From NCBI GenBank assembly GCA_000165425.1, contig CT868452.1:372001-436000 (forward strand): a stretch of 64,000 nucleotides of DNA. The letters run 5' to 3'. The notes beneath the pieces are model-generated. The model searched no databases and was not told where the DNA came from. It worked only from the letters and a program-made list of their open reading frames with translations. Below are positions 1 through 11,847 of the stretch, one piece after another. The position numbers were made by a program, and so were the translations under genes. The stretch's first letter is position 1, and each line of letters opens with the position of its first letter. The stretch comes from Paramecium tetraurelia. Its lineage: Eukaryota.

Positions 1-498
1 ATGAATATTATATCAGCCATGTTTTATGAGTATAAATATACCTTTATAAATCATAATTAATCTAGTTAAATAACATATTCATCATCTTTAAGGATAAATA
101 CTCAAAACTAGTTTAATGCTAAATAAGCAAATTGCTAATAAAGATGAATAAAAATCGTGCTCATGAATTGTAGATTGTGAAATTTCAATTGTAAATATAT
201 TCAGCATATAATACTGAGCCAGTTATTTTTCAAATGGCCAAAATTTGATTCAAATACTTTGCAGAGTTTTGAATATGAATGGAAATTAAAAATTTAATGA
301 TAAAAATAAAATTATGTTTCTTTGAATTATTATAATATTAATAAATAATTAAAATATTTTATTAAAGAATTAAAATGATTGCTCGTTTTTGTGAGATATT
401 AATTATTATTGAATTTTTTTTATTTATGCGCATTTAATATAAAACCACGATTTAATTATGGGGAAATTTAAATCTTTTTTTTAAAAAGTTAAAAACAC

Positions 499-3067
499 AT
501 GGTAAATTTTTCAGTTGATCAAATCAGAGAGATCATGGACAAATAAGACAACATCAGAAACATGTCTGTCATTGCACACGTTGATCATGGTAAATCAACC
601 CTCACAGACTCATTGTTATGCAAAGCTGGTATTATCGCCTCCAAAGTTGCTGGTGATGCTAGAGCAACAGATACCAGAGAAGACGAAAAGGAAAGAGGTA
701 TTACAATCAAGTCAACTGGTGTTTCTCTTTATTATGAATATGACATTTATGACAATAAGACCTTAGAAAAGTTTTTGATCAACTTGATCGATTCCCCAGG
801 ACACGTTGATTTCAGTTCTGAAGTCACAGCTGCCTTAAGAGTTACAGACGGTGCTTTAGTCGTCGTTGATTGTGTTGAAGGTGTGTGTGTCTAAACCGAA
901 ACAGTGTTGAGACAAGCTATGTAAGAGAAGATCAAGCCAGTCGTCATGGTTAACAAAATCGATAGAGCTATCTTGGAATTGAAGCATGATGGTGAAACAA
1001 TGTATTAAAACTTCGTCAGAGTCGTTGATATGGTCAATGTCATCATCAACACCTATTAATAAGAAGACATGGGTGATCTCCTTGTTCATCCAGAACTCGG
1101 ATCAGTCTCATTTGGTTCAGGAAAGGAATGCTGGGCCTTCTCATGCACCAGATTTGCCAGAATCTATGCCAAACAAATTCAAGGTTGAACCACTCAAATT
1201 ATAAGAAAGATTGTGGGGAGACAATTACTTTGATGCTGAAGGAAAATGCTGGAGAAAAGACAACATCAGTGGATCAGGAAAAGCTATGAAGAGAGCCTTC
1301 GTCGCTTTCATCATGGACCCAATCTGCAAATTGGCTAATGCTGTTATGGAAGGAAATATGGATGTAGCTAATAAAATGTTTGAAACTTTGGGATTGAAAC
1401 TCACATAAGAAGAAGCTAAATTAGAAGGAAAGCATTTACTCAAGTGCTGTCTATGTCTAAATGGATTAATGCTGCTGATACATTACTTGAAATGATTGTG
1501 TGCCATTTACCATCACCAAGAAAGGCTTAAAAATACAGAACTTCATATTTATATGAAGGACCATAAGATGATGCTATTGCTTAATCAATGAGAGAATGCA
1601 ACCCAAAGGGTCCATTAATTATGTACGTCTCTAAGATGGTTCCCAACAACTGATAGAGGAAGATTCTTTGCTTTCGGTAGAGTTTTCTCTGGTACCATTG
1701 CTACTGGATAAAAGGTCAGAATTATGGGGAGCCAACTACAAAGTAGGAAAGAAGGAAGACTTATTTGAAAAAGCTATCTAAAGAACAGTTCTCATGATGG
1801 CCAGCAGAGTCGAATACATCCCAGATGTTCCATGTGGTAACACAGTCGGATTGGTCGGTGTTGATCAATATTTAATGAAGACTGGTACCATCTCAGACCA
1901 CCCAGATTGCCATTTGATCAGATCAATGAAATATTCAGTATCTCCAGTCGTCAGAGTTGCTGTCTAACCAAAGAACCCAGGAGATTTACCAAAATTAGTC
2001 GATGGATTAAAGAAATTGTCAAAATCAGATCCATTAGTGTTATGCACAACTGAAGAATCAGGATAAAACGTTGTTGCCGGATGTGGTGAATTACACGTTG
2101 AAATCTGTTTGAATGATTTAGAAAAAGACTTTGCAGGTATTGAACTCATCAAATCTGACCCAATCGTCTCATACAAGGAAACCGTATCTGCTACCTCAAA
2201 CATTGTTTGCATGTCTAAATCCGACCAAATAAGCACAACAGAATTTATGCTTAAGCCACACCATTACATGAAAATTTACCAGATGCTATTGAAAAAGGAT
2301 AAGTTACACCAAAAGATGAACCAAAACTCAGAGCCAAAGCTCTTAATGAAGAATATGATTGGGATAAGGATGATGCACTCAGAATCTGGACCTTTGGACC
2401 AGATAACTCAGGTGCCAACATCCTGATGGATAAGACATCCAGGTGTTTAATACATGAATGAATTGAGAGAATCAATGGAATCAGCTTGGTAATGGTCAAC
2501 CAAGGAAGGACCACTTTGCGAAGAAATCAAAGAGGTATCAGAGTCAACATTTTGGATTGTGTCTTACATGCTGATGCCATCCACAGAGGAGGTGGTTAAA
2601 TCATCCCAACTGCCAGAAGATTGTATTATGCATGCGAATTGACAGCACAACCAAGATTATAAGAACCAGTCTTCTTGGCTGAAATCACTGCACCAAATGA
2701 TGCTACTGGTGGTGTATATAACTGTCTCAACACCAGAAGAGGAACAGTCATTGAAGAGGAATAAGTTGCAGGAACCCCACTCTCAGTGGTAATATAATTA
2801 TTCTAATTTCATAGGTTAGAGCTCATTTACCAGTCGCTGAATCATTCGGTTTCACCGCCCATTTAAGAGGTATGACCTAAGGACAAGCCTTCCCTCAATG
2901 TGTCTTTGATCACTGGGCCATTGTCAATGGTAACCCACTTGAAGCTGGAAGCAAAGTATTATTTTATATTAATCATTTAGGTTAATGAGTTAGTCTTATC
3001 CATCAGAAAGAGAAAGGGTATCAAAGTCTAATTGCCAGACCTTAATGAATATTTGGACAAACTCTGA
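499..3067 (+). CDS. EEF2: Translation elongation factor 2, with about 8 apparent indels in this sequence
   Basis: Starts [33 protein letters not shown]. Contains [22 protein letters not shown] and the diphthamide loop [15 protein letters not shown], and ends YLDKL-TGA. Introns at 2789-2814 and 2956-2980. Confidence 0.97.
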
Positions 3068-3152
3068 TCTAAATATTGTATTTTAACATATCAACAATAT
3101 TCAACCCATAAAATATTGTATATTCTTTAAGAGGAATCTTAAAAATAAATAT

Positions 3153-3598
3153 TCACTATTGATCTAATTTTCCGAAATATCTCTCTCCAAAGTCTCCTTC
3201 TCATGGGAACAGTAGATCTTGTATAGTATTTAATGCATGATCCACTCCAAATTAATTGCTTTCACCTTAGGAAATTGACAAAGTACTTTTGATATACTTT
3301 TTCACATGTAACTATGTTAACTGCAGTTATATTCTTCTAAATAACTCCATTTGATTGCAAAGCCTTTTTTGCAATAGCTATTTGACTCCTAGTCGTAATC
3401 ATAGCATCTGTAAGAATTACCTAATTTAGCTATTTATGCATACTTATTTTTGATCCATGTCTTTGTGTAATTTCCAATAAATTCGCTATGGATCTATAGT
3501 CTAAGGGTATCCTCAAACTATGATCAATCTAATTGATAAGATGAAGCCAATCGACTCAAAAATCCTGCCTTAACTATTTTTTAATTTATTAAATTCAT
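3153..3598 (-). pseudogene. Uracil phosphoribosyltransferase (UPRTase) relic, C-terminal half
   Basis: Fragments in different frames read YWKLHKDMDQKQ, a 23-nt intron, VILTDAMITT...NITAVNIVTCE, QFPKVK, and LFP*EGDFGERYFG. The last matches the UPRTase C-terminal PGxGDFGDRYFG motif. There is an in-frame TGA at 3201-3203, frameshifts, and no recognisable N-terminal half. Confidence 0.75.
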
Positions 3599-3723
3599 AT
3601 TTAATAATTTTATTTTAATAATTATAAATACAAATCTTAATATGTAAGTGATTGTCAGAAGTCCATAGATTAGAAGCAAATAATTTGAACTTATTTTTAT
3701 TATTATTTTTTAATATATTAAAT

Positions 3724-5042
3724 ATGGTTGATTTTAGAAAATTCATGCAAATAGTAATGCGCAAATTTAATGATAAATTGAATGTTTCAGCTTCTGCTGC
3801 TATGTTGATCGCTGTTTTTTGTTTGTATAAAGCCAGAGCTAAACCTAATTTGCCACTAGTGAAGATAAGCAATTTCATGTTAGTGTTGCAAAAGAAATTG
3901 GTTGAAGAAGTAATTTATGATGGCTCTCATATTTTATTCAGATGTGTCAATTAAGCCTAATGGTTATCGACCTAGGCTGAGCCCATGATAAAGGGAAAGG
4001 AATTATTGAAGGCATTGATGTAAGAATCACTCTTATAAATCCAAGGGAATATGGTGTTCCAAGATTTTAAAATTCCACTTAAATCTATTACAACGAGAAA
4101 CAAATGATGTATATAATAATGAGCATAGCAGCCTTATCATATACATTTGGTATTTTTGCATCTCATTTAATTAATTCTAATAGACTTTCTAATAAATCTA
4201 TGCTTGCATAATCAACTGGAGTTAAGTTTTCGAATATTTATGGATTAGATCACGCAAAGAAATAACTTCAATAAATCATTGAATATTTGTAAGATCCTTT
4301 GAAATACAGAAATGTCGGTGCTAGACTAAGAAGAGGAGTCATGATATATGGACCTCCAGGCACAGGAAAAACCATGCTAGCTAAGGCCACTGCAACTGAA
4401 AGCAATGTCAATTTCTTATACTGCTCAGCAACAGAATTCATAGAGGTCTATGTAGGAACTGGTCCTAAGAGAGTTAGAGAATTGTTCAAAAAGGCACGAC
4501 AATCGTCTCCTGCAATCATCTTTATTGATGAAATTGATAGCATTGCATATAAAAGAAAGAACTAAAATTTTGGAACTGAAACTGGTGGTGATAATGAAAG
4601 GGTAAGTACTTCTAAATTAATTACTAACAGAATTGGATGGGTTTAAAGAGAATGAGAATATTGTGGTCATTGCAGCAACCAATCGAATTTAAATTCTAGA
4701 TGAAGCTCTTCTGAGAAGTGGTCGATTCGATATCAAAATAGAGATAAATTTACCATCAGAAAATGAGAGAAAAGGCATCATGGGGGTTCATTTACAAAAT
4801 GTAATCTATTTACTGATGGTTTTATATAGAAAAAACACTAAGTTTCATCTGGAATGATCGATGTAGTAGCCAAGAATGCATATGGATTTTCGGGAGCAGA
4901 TATGGAAAATATTACAAATGAAAGCGCATACATAGCCATTGAGAAACAATAAGAGTTCATTAATGATGCCGATTTCTAGGAAGCCTTAAAAAAGATCACA
5001 ATGGAGAAATAACATATGAAGGATTAAATATTAAATTTTTGA
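3724..5042 (+). CDS. FtsH/m-AAA-like membrane AAA+ ATPase without an M41 peptidase domain
   Basis: Two hydrophobic segments, then Walker A GPPGTGKT, pore loop EVYVGTG, Walker B IIFIDEID and [20 protein letters not shown]. The stop comes right after the AAA lid. Introns at about 4020-4045 and 4801-4829, and one apparent +1 indel near 4611. Confidence 0.9.
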
Positions 5043-5066
5043 TATGTGTAGAAATATATTAATTAT

Positions 5067-6385
5067 TCATAAGTATCTTTCGATCAATGTTTATATGTTA
5101 TCTGGCACTTGATATGTAGTTCTGAAAAACTCTTTGAAATGACAACCTAAATCAGATTTAAACTATTATTTCAATATATCCAAAGTATTAATTTAGACTA
5201 CATGATTCAATTACTATTGCATTAAGATTAAGAAAATATTCTAAAACCATATTCCTTCTTTAATGTTCCTCTTCAATAATTCGCTCTTACTGCTGCACAT
5301 CCAGTAGACAATCCTTTGTAAGTTTTAGACTCCCTAGAATAAAGAACATTTGTTACTTCATTAGTGAAATCCTTAATCGATTAAGCAGATATGACAAGGG
5401 CCAAACCGGAAGTAATGACTTTCTCGAACAATTCAAATTTAAGCTTAGAATATATAGATGATAATAATTACACAGCAAAGACTAAGGATGCAATCTATAA
5501 CTTCATTTAAGAAGTATTGTTTATCATCTGATTATTATAATACCTGAGTAAACAGATAGAAGATATTAGCTTGGATGTATTTTAATTGGTACTCCTCCTG
5601 ACACAGCGTCTTTCTCAAGAGTTGAAAGGCATTTTTCTTTGAGATGTTTTTGAGTATGGTTGAAAATATGAGGTTGTCATAAGGAACGAATTTCAATTAG
5701 GACAGGATGACCCAAACAGTTTAGTTATCAATGTGTTTGAGTAGAAGTTCAAATAATTTCTTATTGAGTTAGAAGAACTCTTAGAAGAGGAGTGCCTCAA
5801 ACCACAATGGACTATTTTAATATAGTTTGATAAGGAAATGTTAAGCGTGTCTGTGTCTCTCCTTTTTCAGCAACTCCAGAGTCTTGGAGTGATAGTCACT
5901 CATGACTGATTACTCTTAAGGAAAGAGGGAGATATTGATGGAGTCAAAGGATAGAGTTAAAAGGTAGAACTCTAATTGATTGTTGGATGACAATTGAGCC
6001 ACTAATTGGTTCAGAACATTTGTAAATGAGCTAACACAGAATTGTTCAGGGATATCTGTGAGATTCTCAAGTTTGGATTCCAAATTGACCATGATTTCCA
6101 GAGCGGCTGTCACTTCGTTCAAATAAAAGTGATCATTGACTTATTCAACCGATTTGTTGAATACTAAGGCAAGTTCCTAAAAATATAATACAAACACACC
6201 TCTTTTCTGAGTTCCTATTATTTTAGATACAACTATTCATATTAATAGATGTATTGTTGTCTTTTTTGTAACAATTTGTTTTGGATGTCTTCTTTCCTCT
6301 GGGAATTCCTCACTTACTCCCTTTTCAATTGAATCAACTCTGTTGAAATGTTAGAGGGAAAATCTGCATTTGAATTCAAATCCAT
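5067..6385 (-). CDS. Hypothetical helical protein with a basic N-terminus resembling an importin-beta-binding (IBB) segment
   Basis: The reading appears continuous in code 6 from MDLNSNADF to LIERYL-TGA after removing three tiny introns (near 6190, 5455 and 5345). KREQVRNSQRKEDIQNKLLQKR resembles an IBB segment, but this is weak. Confidence 0.7.
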
Positions 6386-6437
6386 TATTATTATTAAAAA
6401 ATTATTAATAAATTAAACCATTAAATTATATAATTGT

Positions 6438-9400
6438 TCATACTTTTCTTTTGATCAAATCTTTGCCAGTGCCTCTGAGAATGAAATCCACACTAGGGCC
6501 ATCCTAAACTTTAATTCTGTATTTGGACTTATACAACAATTCAGCAGTAGGCTTGAAAATATAAGACATCAATTACTTTGAATCTAATGAGAATCTTAAA
6601 CGGTTACACACCCAAATCTCTTATGTCGTCAATTGTTATTTGATATGGTAAACAAGTAGCATGAGGTAAAGTATGCACCATAGTGGATGGCCCATCTAAA
6701 TTACCTTCAGGTAATTTGAAATTCAAACACAGATGGATCATCAGTTTTCTTCATTTCTTCCTTGTCCTCCAAAGTCATTGTTCTTTCAACTATATTTTTC
6801 CTTAATGGATTTTTTTAATGCTGCAATTTCCATTAAGCAGGTACCAAAAGATAAATTGGACAAATAAATAGCCATAGTTTTATCCTCTTGCACTTCTCCA
6901 AAATCCAAAACTTCAGGTCCTTCCACTTGATCAATCCCTGAGGTATTTAAGTGAACAAAAGGTCTCAAGAGAACTCCCTCCATTTAAATTGATTGCTTAT
7001 CTCCATTTGCATAGAAGATATTAATCGACCCATGATGATAAACCTTATAAGTAAGAGGCCAATTTACTGGATCATTAGGTTAATAACCCTCAAATTAAAC
7101 TAGCAATTCCACATGCGAATCTGTTACCAAATTGAATGTTTTTGCAATCTCAGTTTTCATACCTAACTCATATTTTTAAGGAGAATTAGTTGAAGTTTTA
7201 ATTAATTTAAACGGCCCTTCAATTTCAAAAGTGCATACAAAACTTGATTTCTTTCTATTAACTAAAACCAGTTTCTTCTCCTGTTTTATATTGTAGCCAC
7301 TCGACCATTTCTAAAACTTCACTTAAAACCCTCCTTCCAACTTTTCAAGCTTATCAAATGTCAAGTAAGGTGTGATGGTCTCACTTTTCACATAGAAAGC
7401 CACCTCGCCAATAGTCTTATCCTAATTAATAAGTCTTGGCCTAGCAACCAAACAAGCACTATAATTTCCAGTATCTTGAGTAGTGAAATGTAAGGTGAAA
7501 TGCTTCTCCTTTCTTTGTTTGATCCTCTCCTTATTTGGTACTACTTAGAATGGACCATCCTTTGATTCCTGAGGTTCATTTGCTATAAATTAGACATCGC
7601 ATAACTAATCTGATCCTAATTAAGGATCCGTAATTTTAATATCAAAGTAATCAGAAGTAGTACTAGTTCCAAGATTGTAAATCTTCCATTCCAATTCAAC
7701 ATCCTGCGGACCAGTATTCATTACTCTAAAATCTCTACTGATTGTTCCGAAATTCCGCATATAAGTACCTAAATCGAAAGTGGGAAAGTCAGTCTTGTAA
7801 TTGAATCCCAATTGGCTGGGACTAATAACAATCGGAGATCCCTTAATATCAATTGCTATGGGAAACTCCTTTGTTGGAAGTCCTCGGATGTCACAACACA
7901 TAAAATCATCAAATAATCCACAAATATCATTGAATACTGTCACTTAAACAACGACAGACCCATATGCATTTAAGGTACCTGAGGATGGCTCAAATACCAC
8001 TGCAATACCAAGATTATTAGACAGATACACTCTTTAATCATGTTCCATCTTCTTTTATTTATTCAATCTCAGACCAGCTTCAGAAGTGAAATTGTGTGTT
8101 TTTTCAATCTTATTTGTTAATAACACTACAGGTCTACCTCCTTAGGATATCTTTCCTTTTTTTGATACAGATTTAGAAATTGAAGATTCAGCAAATTTAA
8201 TTGTTCTTGCTGCTTATGATTTGGCATCGAAGTCATCAAAGATAGTTGATTACTCTTCCAAAGCATGTGGTTGATATTTTTTCATATACAAATTAAATTA
8301 TGTGTGAATACCTGATGTATTCTTAATTAAGAACTTGGCTTATTTGGGTTAATTGATTGTACAATTGTAAAATTCCAATTTATCCATTTATTAATTTTTA
8401 ATTTCAGTGTCCGCCTTCAAAAGTGACTTCCTGGAATCCTTGAGACTTTTTTATTTTGAACTCACAGATGTTTTCGAAGAGATATGTGCACTATCATCGA
8501 CTAATTCGTATTCCACAGATAATCCATAAATCATAGTATTCATTTCAAATCCTAATGGATATTGCAATCCTTGCACTTCACAAACAAAGAGTTCATTTAA
8601 TTTCCCACCTTCCTTAGGTTTTATGGAGAATTTAATGATTTAATTGGTTTTTGGCTTTAAAACTCCTTTCTTGGGTTCAAATTAAACCAAATATTTCTCC
8701 TACTTCTCATTATCAACCACCCATTCAAAAGGTGTACTGATATTACCCAAATTCTAGAGCATGATGTATTATTAGGCTCTTTAATCAAAAGTGTAGGTGT
8801 TTCCACAGTACAGTGTGTCAATATTGAGAGATAATCTATTTAATGAGACACTTGGATTTTGAACTTCTGCGAATACATCTAAGACAGCACAATCACCATT
8901 TTCAACCTAAAAATATAGGAAATCATTATAGGTTTCAGCCTCTCTAGATTGAAACTCAACCTTAAATTAAATTGAACTATTTGGTTTAATCTCGAATTAG
9001 TCTTTATTAAATAATAACCTTTAATCCGAACCAGATTAAGCCTTAATCAGAGCAGGAACTGGTGACAAATTATTGATAGTTAATTCTTAAGATTCTAAAG
9101 AGTAGGTTTAAATCAACCCATAGTTCAGCCAACTTTATTTTACTGATATGAAAGGAGCTATGACATCAGCAAACACTGTAATTAGAATAGAATTAGCATA
9201 GTCAAAGTCTACTCTGTACTCTAATTTCATATGACCAACCTCAGAACTTTGAACTCCTAAGACGATCTCAGCCTCGCTATTGATGACTCCTTATTTTTCT
9301 TGAATATAGAAATAATCCAATTGAAGTGGGTTAATTGAATATTTCATTTAAGTTTTTGATGTTGTTGACAATTTAAATTTATACTAAGCCAAAGTATTCA

Positions 9401-10839
9401 CACAAATAGGAACAGGAAATTTGTAGAATTGAGGTGTGACACTCACTTCTCCAAGGGCAGATTTGCTAATTAATTCAAATTCAAAGTATGTGATTGATGG
9501 TTTAATGCTATTAGATCCAATAGCCACGGATTATGAATTAGTTTCAAATTGTTATCTTAAATTAGGAGGAGGATTCCTAATACTCTCAAATGGAATATCA
9601 TCAATAATTAAATATGCAGTTTAAAATAGAGGATAATATTCTTCACTCTTTAAAAATATCTTAAAATCTATAACTTCATTAGGCTAAAAATATCCTTCTT
9701 AAGGTTGAATGGAATAATAGTTCAATTCATCTTCTAATTTTAATTCCTTATCATCATTTTGTAGATACCAGTGATATTTGACTTTAACCGATGTTTTATT
9801 TCTAATCTTTAATTGTCTACTGGTCTCTACTTTTGGGATGGGATCATTAAAGAATATTTTTTATAGTTGCTCTTAATTTTCTAGATTAATGTTATCAATT
9901 CCCAAGATCCCTAATTCTACCATGTTGCCTTTGCCAATCAATTTTAAAGTGGCCTAAGTCAAATTGTCACATCCCAAAATGATATTTTCTATGACTTCGC
10001 CTTCAAGATCTGGTTTAAATATGGCTTAGATGATTTGAGTTTCTCCTTTATGCAAGAAGAATTCAGCAGGTGATAAGTAAAAATTGCCAACCTAGATGTA
10101 ATTCTCTTCTTCTTGTTAATCTTATTGATTATTTATAAAAAAACGATAGCCTGCTTCTCCTCCAGAATTTTTAACTACAAATCTTGTTTCTACTTAATCA
10201 CCTATCCAACAACTCTGACAATCCAATTATGACGGTAAGTCCAATTGTGGAGGTTCCTTCCTTGCTAATAATGGAACTTTTAAAATATGATCTTCTGTTA
10301 TTACGGCTAATGTATCGTCAAACTCTGCCAAAGAGGATGGATTAAATCTGACCTTTAATACTGCACTCATCCCTGGAGCTATGAATCCATCCTCTTTTGT
10401 TGGATACTTGATTGCTGCTATCTGAAACTCCTTTCTACAATAAAGTTAAATCACTCACTTTTCAGGAGGTAGCACTTTGATTCTCTGCAAAATTCCAGTT
10501 GCATTGGTAACATACAAATCGATTTCGTACATGCCATTCAACATGTACTCTCTAAATATCAATTATTTTGGGAAAACCCTAAAAGATGTTATTTGATCTT
10601 TCTCTACTACAATGTCCTAATTTAATTCAAACCCAACTTACTTGCTTTGTATTGATGTATGAAAAGAGTACCGGCGCTTTGTTAATTTTGAATCGAGGAT
10701 TCTTTAGATAATTTACTCTCTTATTCATGTTCTTAATAATCTGATTATTGATTTCTTTATCCTTCTCATTCATTTCCAATAAAAAATTGCTCTTGCTTTT
10801 CTTCTAAGTCACCGGTTTCAGCTGAGTCGTTTCCTTCAT
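6438..10839 (-). CDS. DLEC1: DLEC1/CFAP81 homolog (ciliary central apparatus protein with ASH/Ig-like domains)
   Basis: RVNYLKNPRF, then RIKVLPP...GFIAPGMSAVLKVRFNPSSLAEFDDTL...VPLLARKEPPQLDLPSQLDCQSCWIG, matching the DLEC1 N-terminal signature as I recall it. About 1450 codons with tiny introns near 10630 and 10450. Confidence 0.85.
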
Positions 10840-10898
10840 TTAGAACTTATTAATAATTTATAATATATATATATAACTTAATATATAATGTTTAACAT

Positions 10899-11795
10899 TC
10901 AAGGTACCATAATTATGTTTGCCTTTGCCTTTTTTAACAATTCATCAGCTGTTGAACCAAAAAATGTCTTGTTTTCTAATTGAGCTCTATACCCATTAGA
11001 TCCAAATACAACGAAGTCGAGATCATCGGAATTGTTTATCATATCAATCACATTCTCTATGGCTCTATAGGATGAATCCAATTATTTATATTCCCATTTT
11101 CTTTGAAATTTAGCCATAAACTCTTCCACCTTTGTTTTAATAGTTGTTCCAAATGCCTCTCTATCAGGAGTGGGAGCAAAACATATCAACAAACTATCAC
11201 GCTCATCGAAGGACAAGGCCACTGCACTTTCCAATGATTTATAAGATTTCTTTGATCCATCTATGCAAACTACGAATTTAAAGCCATTAGTTTCATCCCT
11301 TTTATAGAGTTTCTTAACAGCAATCAAGGGCACTTTACTATTGTACACTGAATTTCTCACTGTCTATCCTAAAATTGTGACATCCTATTTGATTCCCTTT
11401 CTCCCATTAAATCCGACTATCAGATAACCGACATTCAAATCTCCTGCTATTGTCAAGATTTAATTTCTAATGTTCTCCTGTCCTTATGCTTTCTCCTAAA
11501 ACACTAATTAGTAGTTTGCTTCTGGATACTAATAAAGAAATAGGAGAATAAATTACCCTCGATAACAATTCAATTTTGTAATCTTCATAAATTGTTGTGC
11601 TTTAGAATTCAAATGGCAAGTATGATTTTTATTGATCTGAAACATGTGCTACAATGATTTGATTGAAAATGTTCTTATATTCAAAGAACTCCACAGCTTA
11701 CTTATGATTTTAATAAAATAATGTACAAAGAATGCTTATTTCGAGGCTTATGACCCATCGGTTGCAACCATTATATTTGACTTGTTTAATTCCAT
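10899..11795 (-). CDS. Universal stress protein with two tandem USP domains
   Basis: Domain 1 reads IMVATDGSQAS...LIVGFNGRKG...ILGQTV. Domain 2 reads FVVCIDGSKKS...FVVFGSNG...FFGSTADELLKKAKANIIMVP-TGA. Two tiny introns. Confidence 0.92.
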
Positions 11796-11847
11796 AAAAT
11801 TAATTACAATAAATATTATATATTAAACATTTAAATAATTCCAAATA

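Noticed and set aside
1170..2530. Programmed ribosomal frameshifting in eEF2
   Set aside because: The shifts differ in sign and lack a shared slippery motif such as the Euplotes AAA-TAR signal. Sequencing error is more parsimonious.
3201..3203. In-frame TGA as selenocysteine or readthrough
   Set aside because: It replaces a conserved Gly, not a Cys, in a fragment that also has frameshifts, and I see no SECIS-like element.
5139..5531. Open frame of about 130 codons on the + strand in code 6
   Set aside because: It is the antisense shadow of the spliced minus-strand gene at 5067-6385. With only one stop codon, long antisense ORFs are common.
10725..10839. Apparent uORF overlapping the DLEC1 start
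   Set aside because: On recounting, the ATG at 10839 is in frame with the main ORF, so there is no uORF.
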